Shown one piece after another: positions 27,009-36,399 of a stretch of DNA of 64,000 nt. The stretch lies in the IMG/VR virus record IMGVR_UViG_3300042350_004528, positions 1 to 64,000 of that record. One strand, 5' to 3'. The number at the start of each line of letters is the position of its first letter. Within the stretch, counting starts at the first letter, position 1. A program made the translations under genes and the position numbers. The notes under the pieces were generated by a model that saw nothing but the letters and a program-made list of their open reading frames with translations, did not search any database and was not told the origin of the DNA.

Positions 27009-30000
27009 TTATAGTGTTGCTGTATTAATATTAATCGCTTTTACGTTAAAAATTGCGGTCGCATCTGCAACATCAGTTTTAACATCAGTTACTGAAACAA
27101 TACCATTAAGATTAATAAATATTGTTCTATTAGCGGTCACATTTTTCAACGTGATTACTCTAGTTTCTAAATTAGCTGTTTGAACAAATGTTGTCTGAAC
27201 TGTATTTGTATTTATCACTTGATTATTAACAAATAATGGTGTTGCATCAACAAAAGCAGAGCCAAATTTTGTTTGTTTTCTTTGAGTCGTGTATGTTATT
27301 TCAACCTCAAAGTTTGTTTCTGGTATAACATCATACTTAGTATCAAATACAGTGTTTTTAGTTACGCTTGTAGACGTGATTTTTTGTGCTAACGTATTAT
27401 CAGTTTGTTTAATAGTTAATGTGGCATTAGCTTGTCCATTTTGTGTAACAACAACTCTTACAGTATAAGGTAATATTTCAATATCTTCTGGTGTAAAATT
27501 CGCAGTTTGAGTTAAACCTTGTTGTCTATCTAATTTATCAATATCAGTATCAAATAAAACACCAAATATTGTTGTAGCTGTTTTCCCACATGGGTTTGAA
27601 ATTTTTAATTTTCCTATAAACTCGCCCGTTAATGGGTAACCAACTTCATCTTTTTGCGGAAAATAATCCATTATAACGTCATTACCAATAACCCTAAAAT
27701 CAACTAAACCTGTTGTGTTAGCAGAAATTCTATTTGGGTCGGTCGCATCATAAAATTTATTTAAACCAGATATTAGTTTATTATTAATTGTGGATCCACT
27801 AAATGACCTACTGGTAAATCCACTTTTTAACGTAAGATTATCTCTAAAAAAATGAAGTGATTTTTTAACTGAATTAGTTAAACTTTCTATCTTTGATTCA
27901 AATACAGTAACTCGTGTTCTATCTTTAAAAAATTTAAAATTATTTACCAAACAAAAATCAGACTCAGACCAATTAGTAGTATCTTCAAAAGGTTGAGCTG
28001 GATAAGTACCCAATGGGGAACCCCCAATAAACTTATATAAAACACCTCTATTAACTGTATATTTGTAACCTATGTATTTTGATGTGTTATCATAAGTTAT
28101 ACCAGTTGTTTCATCCGCAATAAACAACGTTGGGTTATTTTTTTCAGTATATCTACCAATTCTTTCAAACAATGGATAAATTGAAGATGAATCCGTTAAA
28201 AATGGATGATAATAAGTAAGATAATTAAACGAATTTAACGGAAATGATGGTCTTAGTTTTATATTTGTTTTATTTAATCTGGTCTGATTAAAATAATCCT
28301 TATAATTATCGGTTTCGTAATAAGTATTTGATTCTAAAAGTGCTGGATAATAAACTTCCCAGTCAACCCCAACAACTGGCGGTGTGCCAGCTGCGGCTGT
28401 ACTTATTTTTCTATAAGTTAAATCATTATGTTTTATAATGGCACCTGGTGCGTATAGCGTCCCAGAATTATATGCCGAATACGGTAGATAATATGGAACG
28501 TATGCGTCTGGCCCGTAATAACGACCAGAAAATGAACTAAAATATGATCTTAATATTTTTTTATTAATATTTACATCGTATTCGTTATAGGACACGTATG
28601 AATCATCCATAAAACAATAACCATTTATTAGAACATTGTTCCATCTACCACCAAATGTTACACCAGAAACAGTTGTACCAGTTGATATAAATGGTATACC
28701 AAATTCACTCACAGGTAGTGTTTTAGGTAATCTTGCTGCCGTTGTTGGTATCGCAACATACCCATCTAACGGAAACCAAGATCCACCAACAGATTCGACC
28801 CAGTTGGTTAAACCACCAAGTGATTTGTGATCAAATAAATCGTTAACGCTAGTTATACGCCTCCATTCGGTTGTACCAGTTGACCCACTTGTCGCAAGAT
28901 ATGGCGCGGCATTTGTATGGTCTTTTTTTGCCACAAAAAATCTATACACGGTTGGGGCTAATACTGTTTCATCGGTAACTCCAGACAAAACAAAATCACC
29001 TTTAAAATACTTTTTAGTTGAATCCCATTTTAGCGGCTTTTGATATATGAACCTAAAAAATTCGTCACTACCCCCAGGATTTGGATATGAACCTAAAATT
29101 ATATCCCCAAAATTATATTCACTTACAACCGTTGGGTCATAGCTTATAAAATTTTTATTAATATAATCCGAAACATTTGGGTTACTTGTTGTTAGTAACG
29201 GTGAGTGTTCATAACCCCATGGTGTGAAATTAGTTGGGTTATATTTTTCAATTTCAATAAAACATGATCTCGACCCCCTTGGTCTATAAATTTCGTGTAT
29301 TTCACCTTGGACGAGTGTCGAAGCTGACGTATCTTCTAATTTATAGCAATGATCAATGTTAATATCGTTAACACACACATATAACCTATAAACCGAATTT
29401 GTTTGTACAGTTTGACCCGTTGGGCTATCCACCACAATTTTATAGTCATCAATATTAACTTTTACAATATCATTTAATTCATAGTTAACTATTTGGGCAT
29501 TAAATTCTGGTACGACATCAAGTATTTTTTTATAAATTTCAGTGTTATACACATCATTCTCTAATTTGTATAAGCTATATGATGACGTACCTAATGAATT
29601 AAAAGAGTACCTTTTTTTGTTTTTAATTTCACTAATTATAGGGTTTCCATAATTAAACAGAGTATAATCATTTAATCCTAAATCATAACCTTTAAAGCTA
29701 CCTAGAGTATCTTTGGTTGCCGTACCAAGTTCAACATTGTTGTAAAAACTATACTTTGGTGAGTAAGTAAATTCTCTGTTATGCGTGTTTTGCCTAATTC
29801 TTACATTTTTACCGATTGTTATCGCATTTGTGACATCATTATTATCAGTTTGTCTAACAGAATTACCCAAATAATAATCACTAAAATTTAATTCGTGTTC
29901 GATAGTTGCGGTTTTTACACCTATGTTTTTACCGCCAGAAACAGAAACAAGGCCTGTTGTTGAAAAATTATCACTTTTACTTCTAATAGTAAAGGTGAAA

Positions 30001-33000
30001 TTAACCTTATCAAAATTTATCTTTTTATCGTATTCACTCGAGTCAAAAACAATGTTATTTTGAGAATTGGTTTCAAAATAAGATAAAAATAATTTATTGT
30101 AATAATAATTAGGATCGATCGAATGCTCAATATTTAAAAAAGGAACATTAACATATTTTTTTTCTGTTAATCTAAGTATTAAATTGTTGGTATCTAAATT
30201 TGATAAATTATAAATTGGTTTAATCGATAAACCATCTAAGTACTCACCTCTGGCCGAAAATCCAGAATTTAATAACACTCTAAATCTAGGGTCATTTAAT
30301 TGATTAAAAGAAGCCTCATCGACCTCTTCATGAATATAATCTATTTCTTCATATCTAGATAATGTGCAAGCTAAATCTATTGGTTCAATGACTAAATAAA
30401 TTTTTTCACCAGAATTAAAAAATCCAGTATATTCAAAAACATATTGTCTTAAGTTTGCATCGTCAGATCCATTAAATGTAAATGACTGGGTATCATAAAT
30501 AAAACCTAAAGAATTTATCAATTTAATGTTTATGGTTTGATTTATATTTTCAATAGATTCGAAATATAAATCAAATTTAAAACTTAAATAACTATTTTTT
30601 GCGACTAAATAATGCCCTGGTGTTGTGTTTACCAAACTTAACTCATCACCAATTGTTGTAAAATTTTCATTTAAAGATTGAATTGATATATAGTTGTTTG
30701 AATTTGGCTGTAAAAGAATACTATTTTCTAAAGTGTGAATGAACGCCCCATCATCATTTAAAGTATAAAATGGGCCTATTTTTGTTTGGTCTAACCCATA
30801 AAAACCCTCAAAGTTTACAGTCACAGAATCTGATATAAATAACTCACCGTTTATAATATTATCCTTTACTTTATATGTTGTTTGTGGCGTTGCCCCACTA
30901 AATATGTGGCCCAAATTAAGTGATTTTGTTAGATTTACAGAATATGAAGCTCTACTTGGATCTAGTTTAATTTTTGAAATATAAGCTGGATCAATATGCA
31001 TAAAAGGATCCGTTTTTGTTCTATCCTGATATCTTTCATACATACCACCAGTGGTTCCAGTTGAAATTGTTGATAAATTAACGGTCACGCCAGTAGTTCC
31101 AGGACTCACAAAAGACGCTGAATTTGCTGTTGCTATGTGTTTTAAACCAGTTGGGGTTGTAATTGGATATGTTGTACCCGTTGCCTCAAATGTATCCCCA
31201 GTAACTAAATATATTTTACTACCAACAACCAAATTTTCTTTATTTGTTGGATGTATGTTTGCGATAATTTCTCCCTTATAATATGTAAATCCAGTTGCCC
31301 ACGAAAATCTTTTTTCATATGGGGTAGCCCACTTTGATATTTCACCATAAATTAATCCTGATGGTCTTAATGGGGTGTGGTTCATACTATAACCATAAAA
31401 CCTAGGTTGTTTAATAGTTTGTGTGATACCTTCTTCATCATTATAAGTCCTAAATGTATTATGTACTAAAGCTGGTGTAATTGTCCTACCAGTAAAATCA
31501 TAGTAACAGACATGTGGCCTTGGTGGTGGGCAATCAAAATTAACCCGAATACCCAAATAGGCTAAACCACGTCCAATTGAGTTTATATAATATGATCTTT
31601 CAATTGATCTAACATCTAAAGACAAGGTATCCGCAAACGTTATAGTTCTAGAATCAACATCAATTGGTATGTGTTCCCATATCATTCTGGTATCACCAGA
31701 TGCGTTTGTTACTGTTGCTTTATTGGGTGGGTATCTACTTTCAATTGTTGACCCAGTTCCAGCCGTATGTATGTCGGGAATTGAACCCGTATCATTAAAC
31801 ATGTACCTAGTATTCAATCTATATAACTTACTATTGTATACAACAAAAACACCATATCTTTGAGTTGATGACGCATAGCCAGATTGATTTATATTACCAT
31901 TAAATAAGCTATCATCCCCGTAGTCAATACCGCTTTGCCAAATATGGAAACTACCCTCACTTTCATCGCAATACTCAAACATCGTATAGTGAACACCAAA
32001 ATATTCATTAATAGTTGGGTCTGTTCCAGTTATTTTGGTGCCTGGTTTACCAGAAATATTAAACGTTATTGGTTCACCGTCAATTTTGGCCCCAAGTTTT
32101 CCGACATTTTCTGTAACATTTGTCGTGCCAAGATAAACAGGTTTAAGTGCTTTTTGTTGAAATTCAGAACCATCTGTACCTAACCAAGATACATCATTAT
32201 TTAAACCATGTTTATATGCAAATTTATTATCTAAAAAAGTTGAATTTTGTATTTTTTTACCAGCATTAACAACGGATGTTGCTGGAACAAATTGCTGTAT
32301 TAATTTAACCCAAGAAGAATCAAATTTATTTAAAAACTCTAAACTTCTCATGCTATCAATTGGCGTGGTTGTTGTTTTTAAATAATCAAAATAAATCTTT
32401 GATAAAGTTGGATATGTTTTAATCGTTTTTCTATTTTTTGGATTTATAAACGTGTCTAACGATTTTTTAATAAATTGATTAAATGTTAAATTTGTTGAGT
32501 CAAATTTATTTAATATATTCAAATCGGAATTGACAATCCCTATATTTCTAGCGTATTGCCTATAAACAGGAATATCAAATATTCGATTTGATGATAAATA
32601 AACCTCAAGTTCTTTAGAATTAATTGATAATCTAATGTCATTTGATTCGTACTCAGTAAAACCATTTCTATCGTCTTTGTAATAGGTTGTTGGTAATTCG
32701 TTGTATACCCAACTTTTTACGTTATCGATTGTTCTATATACATCGAAAAGAAAAACGTTTTCATATTTTTTATACTGATTAACATATCTTTGGCCAAAAT
32801 CGAATCTACCAATATTAGACTTATCTTCTGTGATATAGCCCCCGTCTTCTTGATATCTAACGTTTGTTGGTACGGTTGGAAAACCTTTTGAATCAAAAGG
32901 TACTCTTTGTAATAAAATTTCTGGATCGTCAATAATTGTCTGGCCATAAATTTTATTTAAAACATCTGGTGTGTTTAAAGGTCTTTCGGCCAAATAAATA

Positions 33001-34673
33001 TACTCGTTTAACTCAAATATTTCATCAGGTAAACCCACCAGTCTCAAAATAAACTCGATAGATTTTCTGGTACCTTTTGATTTGTATAGATAAAATGAGT
33101 TAATTAAGATTCTTCTCCATAATTCAATGTCAATTTCCGCTGGTGTTGTGCCTTTTTCAACATCATCAAGTTCAGTTGAAAACAAAGAATCGATTAAAGT
33201 ATTTTCATCTTCAATTTCAAATGTATTAAAACCAAGCATTGTTGCGTAGTTTTTAATTAAAAGATCTGGAACGTTTTCGATTTTATCATAACTAACATTT
33301 CGCATAAAAGTTATGCCATCAATATATCTTTTAATATCGTCAAACGTTTTACCGTATAATTGAAATAATAAATTGGCTTTACGATCGCTAGTATCAAATT
33401 CTTTTAAGGAGTCGGTTGTTAAAAATCTTGAGATTAAATTTGTTTTAATACTATCATACGAATCAGCAAAATCATTTAAAGTCGTTGTGTAGTCATCAAA
33501 TTTACTACTAAACATATCGATGTTAAAATCATCGTACATTGGGAAAATTAAAGTTTCTTTAACAGTTCGAACTTGCCCACTGTCATCCTCTGATGGATAA
33601 ACGAACTCACTAATATATTCACCAGTATTTGGATCTTTATTTAAAAGAAACGAAGCTAAATCTGATAAATTATTAAAAAAATCATTGTATACTTTACTTT
33701 TAGGTTTTATATAAAATCTTACGTTAACAACATTGTTTACATCAACAATATCTCCAAATGGATTACCATCTACGGTTAATCGAATACCAGTCGCGTCATC
33801 ATTATTGTTTTGTGGAAATTGCGCGGAAATTATGGGATACTCAACACCGTTGTAATATAAAACATATTCTTTATGTGTTTTAGTAAAATTTCTGTATTTT
33901 GTTATAGTTTCACTATTATCCAAAGTACTTCCAGAACTATTATATTCAATACCATATGGGTTAAATAATCCATAAAGATTTACTTTAAAAGAAGATCTAT
34001 TTTCAAGTGGGTATGTTGCATAATTAGAAACAGATGGTGTTGTTATAGATATTGGTTCGGCTTTTATTGCTCCTGGAAAATTATTGTATATTTCAATTAT
34101 AACGTTTTTTAATCTTTCTTTTAAAGATGAAAATAAAACATAATTATCTAATTTTCTTCTGTCAAATAAAACTTTTACCGTTAAGTTTTCGGTTACTTTT
34201 TGTTTTAAAGCTTCCACGTATTCTTTACCCTCAAAATAGGGTAGATTTCTTTGTGCTATACTTTCAACTGTAAAACTTTTTACAGCATCGTTTTGTGCGG
34301 CCTCATTTACTTGAATTTGTAATTGTGATGCCTGCGCCCCTTGTTGTACGCTTTTTTGAATTGAAAAGTTACCTAGGGTAAAAAAAGGATCACCTTGTAT
34401 TTCGTCTTTGGCGTTCGCAAATTGTAAACCAACTAATTTACTGCCAAAAGTATCGCTACCAAAAGCACCTATTTTACCTTGTATTGTCCTATATCTCAAG
34501 GCTCTTTCATATTGTACAAAAGATGAGCATGGTACATATTTAACGTCACCATTTATGATATAAGTGCGATATCCGTCACAACCAAGTGCTTTTGACGCAT
34601 CAATTGCTTCTTGTGGTGTATCGTACAGATCCCTAATTATCTGATTATTCGTTGTAAAACTAAGATCAGCCAT
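27009..34673 (-). CDS. giant baseplate wedge protein (T4 gp7 / P2 gpI-like core) with CBM-like repeats (2554 aa)
   Basis: LYKSKGTRKSIEFILRLVG and IQQFVPA motifs; W/Y-x4-Y-x2-G-x2-[IV] repeats; DUF3721-like N-terminus. Confidence 0.75.
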   Translation of the reverse strand: MADLSFTTNNQIIRDLYDTPQEAIDASKALGCDGYRTYIINGDVKYVPCSSFVQYERALRYRTIQGKIGAFGSDTFGSKLVGLQFANAKDEIQGDPFFTLGNFSIQKSVQQGAQASQLQIQVNEAAQNDAVKSFTVESIAQRNLPYFEGKEYVEALKQKVTENLTVKVLFDRRKLDNYVLFSSLKERLKNVIIEIYNNFPGAIKAEPISITTPSVSNYATYPLENRSSFKVNLYGLFNPYGIEYNSSGSTLDNSETITKYRNFTKTHKEYVLYYNGVEYPIISAQFPQNNNDDATGIRLTVDGNPFGDIVDVNNVVNVRFYIKPKSKVYNDFFNNLSDLASFLLNKDPNTGEYISEFVYPSEDDSGQVRTVKETLIFPMYDDFNIDMFSSKFDDYTTTLNDFADSYDSIKTNLISRFLTTDSLKEFDTSDRKANLLFQLYGKTFDDIKRYIDGITFMRNVSYDKIENVPDLLIKNYATMLGFNTFEIEDENTLIDSLFSTELDDVEKGTTPAEIDIELWRRILINSFYLYKSKGTRKSIEFILRLVGLPDEIFELNEYIYLAERPLNTPDVLNKIYGQTIIDDPEILLQRVPFDSKGFPTVPTNVRYQEDGGYITEDKSNIGRFDFGQRYVNQYKKYENVFLFDVYRTIDNVKSWVYNELPTTYYKDDRNGFTEYESNDIRLSINSKELEVYLSSNRIFDIPVYRQYARNIGIVNSDLNILNKFDSTNLTFNQFIKKSLDTFINPKNRKTIKTYPTLSKIYFDYLKTTTTPIDSMRSLEFLNKFDSSWVKLIQQFVPATSVVNAGKKIQNSTFLDNKFAYKHGLNNDVSWLGTDGSEFQQKALKPVYLGTTNVTENVGKLGAKIDGEPITFNISGKPGTKITGTDPTINEYFGVHYTMFEYCDESEGSFHIWQSGIDYGDDSLFNGNINQSGYASSTQRYGVFVVYNSKLYRLNTRYMFNDTGSIPDIHTAGTGSTIESRYPPNKATVTNASGDTRMIWEHIPIDVDSRTITFADTLSLDVRSIERSYYINSIGRGLAYLGIRVNFDCPPPRPHVCYYDFTGRTITPALVHNTFRTYNDEEGITQTIKQPRFYGYSMNHTPLRPSGLIYGEISKWATPYEKRFSWATGFTYYKGEIIANIHPTNKENLVVGSKIYLVTGDTFEATGTTYPITTPTGLKHIATANSASFVSPGTTGVTVNLSTISTGTTGGMYERYQDRTKTDPFMHIDPAYISKIKLDPSRASYSVNLTKSLNLGHIFSGATPQTTYKVKDNIINGELFISDSVTVNFEGFYGLDQTKIGPFYTLNDDGAFIHTLENSILLQPNSNNYISIQSLNENFTTIGDELSLVNTTPGHYLVAKNSYLSFKFDLYFESIENINQTINIKLINSLGFIYDTQSFTFNGSDDANLRQYVFEYTGFFNSGEKIYLVIEPIDLACTLSRYEEIDYIHEEVDEASFNQLNDPRFRVLLNSGFSARGEYLDGLSIKPIYNLSNLDTNNLILRLTEKKYVNVPFLNIEHSIDPNYYYNKLFLSYFETNSQNNIVFDSSEYDKKINFDKVNFTFTIRSKSDNFSTTGLVSVSGGKNIGVKTATIEHELNFSDYYLGNSVRQTDNNDVTNAITIGKNVRIRQNTHNREFTYSPKYSFYNNVELGTATKDTLGSFKGYDLGLNDYTLFNYGNPIISEIKNKKRYSFNSLGTSSYSLYKLENDVYNTEIYKKILDVVPEFNAQIVNYELNDIVKVNIDDYKIVVDSPTGQTVQTNSVYRLYVCVNDINIDHCYKLEDTSASTLVQGEIHEIYRPRGSRSCFIEIEKYNPTNFTPWGYEHSPLLTTSNPNVSDYINKNFISYDPTVVSEYNFGDIILGSYPNPGGSDEFFRFIYQKPLKWDSTKKYFKGDFVLSGVTDETVLAPTVYRFFVAKKDHTNAAPYLATSGSTGTTEWRRITSVNDLFDHKSLGGLTNWVESVGGSWFPLDGYVAIPTTAARLPKTLPVSEFGIPFISTGTTVSGVTFGGRWNNVLINGYCFMDDSYVSYNEYDVNINKKILRSYFSSFSGRYYGPDAYVPYYLPYSAYNSGTLYAPGAIIKHNDLTYRKISTAAAGTPPVVGVDWEVYYPALLESNTYYETDNYKDYFNQTRLNKTNIKLRPSFPLNSFNYLTYYHPFLTDSSSIYPLFERIGRYTEKNNPTLFIADETTGITYDNTSKYIGYKYTVNRGVLYKFIGGSPLGTYPAQPFEDTTNWSESDFCLVNNFKFFKDRTRVTVFESKIESLTNSVKKSLHFFRDNLTLKSGFTSRSFSGSTINNKLISGLNKFYDATDPNRISANTTGLVDFRVIGNDVIMDYFPQKDEVGYPLTGEFIGKLKISNPCGKTATTIFGVLFDTDIDKLDRQQGLTQTANFTPEDIEILPYTVRVVVTQNGQANATLTIKQTDNTLAQKITSTSVTKNTVFDTKYDVIPETNFEVEITYTTQRKQTKFGSAFVDATPLFVNNQVINTNTVQTTFVQTANLETRVITLKNVTANRTIFINLNGIVSVTDVKTDVADATAIFNVKAININTATL

Positions 34674-35571
34674 TTCTTACTATGTTATTTAAAGATTTTG
34701 TCGTATCAACGGTTGTTCTTTTTCGTCTAACTTCATAAAGTTTTTTATTAACGTTATCTCTAATTTCATATAAATCATACTGAGCATATATGTTACCATC
34801 AAAATCGTAAATTGTATAGATGCCATCGTCCATGGATTTTGTCTGATCAGCGAATAATCCAATTGCTAGACTTTCGACATCATAATTAACCATTTCTAAT
34901 TCAATCATTTGTGGTGAAAAGCTGGTATTTGTTAATATCACATTTTGATCTTTTCTACCAATAAAAGGCGCTGAAGTTGGTTTAAAACTGGGGGCGGCGT
35001 TAGGTGTAACCGTACAAAATAATAAATTACCTACATTATTATAGATATATTTAATAGTTTTTTGTGATGAATTGGGGGTATTAATTTGTACTGGTTCTGA
35101 AATAAATGACGAAGTTATAATTCTGTAAAGATTTGGTATTTTTGTCCCATCGTTATTCAAATACTCAACCCTGTACCCATCTAAACCATTGTTGGTGAAT
35201 TTATTACTGAAATCAACTGGGGCTTGGTCTATGTTGAAAATTAAACCTTTAACATCTGGATATGTGGCTAACTCAGCGCAATCCTCAATTTTAACCCTAA
35301 TCTGGGCTGGTCTTAAATAAATTGTATAAAAACCTTTTTGCCCAAAAACATCTCTAGGTAAAGTTAAATTATACAAACCACCGAGTAATTCAACATCAGT
35401 ACCACCAAGTGCGCTACTAGACATCATTGGTCTAATTACCTGTGAACCAAATAATTTTGTTACGGTTTGAGCTTCAGTCGCATTTCTATTTTTAGTGTAT
35501 ATTACAATAACCTCAATGTCTGTTGGATCGACATCCGCAGGTCTTTTTACACCGTATAATCCGATTGCCAT
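34666..35571 (-). CDS. conserved virion structural protein (301 aa)
   Basis: Long coupled ORF in the baseplate cluster. Confidence 0.65.
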   Translation of the reverse strand: MAIGLYGVKRPADVDPTDIEVIVIYTKNRNATEAQTVTKLFGSQVIRPMMSSSALGGTDVELLGGLYNLTLPRDVFGQKGFYTIYLRPAQIRVKIEDCAELATYPDVKGLIFNIDQAPVDFSNKFTNNGLDGYRVEYLNNDGTKIPNLYRIITSSFISEPVQINTPNSSQKTIKYIYNNVGNLLFCTVTPNAAPSFKPTSAPFIGRKDQNVILTNTSFSPQMIELEMVNYDVESLAIGLFADQTKSMDDGIYTIYDFDGNIYAQYDLYEIRDNVNKKLYEVRRKRTTVDTTKSLNNIVRNG

Positions 35572-35574
35572 TTT

Positions 35575-36399
35575 TTATGTTGTTTTAAAATTATATCCTT
35601 TTGTGTTTATTTTATAGTATCCTAGTCCAGTTTTAGTTAATTCGTTCATATCTTTAACATTTTTAAGTTTTTTAACACGTTCAAATGCGCCGTTTAAACC
35701 CCTATCAATAAATACTTCGGATATTATTTTTGGTTCCTCAACTATACCATCATAAATTACCATGTTTGCTGTTTGAGTTTCCTCGTAATGAGATCTCATA
35801 TATATAAATCTAGCAAATCCATTTCCTAAATCAATGTATTTTATAGGATTTTCCGTATCTAAATACAAAACATATTCAATTAAACCACTATTATTTTCAG
35901 TCAAAATCATAGCCACAATATCCAAACCTGGGATGTTTAATTTAACACGGTTTCTTATATTATGATTACCATCAAAAGTTTCTTCAACCTCAATCGGAGC
36001 ATTTCCATCATCTCCAACAATTTTTTTAAAATTTAATTTTTTTAAGGGTTTTAATGATTCAGCTGATTTTATAAAATTAATTTTTTTAAAATATTTTGTT
36101 ATTAGGTTTGATTTGCTTTCTGTAAAACCAGTAACAAAGTATTTGTTTGGTGACGGTGTAAAATGATTCGTAACATCATCGTATGTTGATATTATTTTTG
36201 TATTTGTTACGTATGGTGTCACATTTTTTGTGGTGATAAATGGGTCAACTTTATTCGCTATTTGTTCAAGTTGTTGTAATTTATAATCATCGGGCACGTT
36301 GTATTCTGCATTTATATAAGAACCAGGCACAACAGTGTTGCTTTCTAAGTTAATAACTATATTATTATCAAAAATTTCTGAAATTAATACTTGTTTCAT
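35575..36399 (-). CDS. putative virion structural protein (274 aa)
   Basis: Coupled ORF; C-terminal EVFIDRG motif. Confidence 0.6.
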   Translation of the reverse strand: MKQVLISEIFDNNIVINLESNTVVPGSYINAEYNVPDDYKLQQLEQIANKVDPFITTKNVTPYVTNTKIISTYDDVTNHFTPSPNKYFVTGFTESKSNLITKYFKKINFIKSAESLKPLKKLNFKKIVGDDGNAPIEVEETFDGNHNIRNRVKLNIPGLDIVAMILTENNSGLIEYVLYLDTENPIKYIDLGNGFARFIYMRSHYEETQTANMVIYDGIVEEPKIISEVFIDRGLNGAFERVKKLKNVKDMNELTKTGLGYYKINTKGYNFKTT

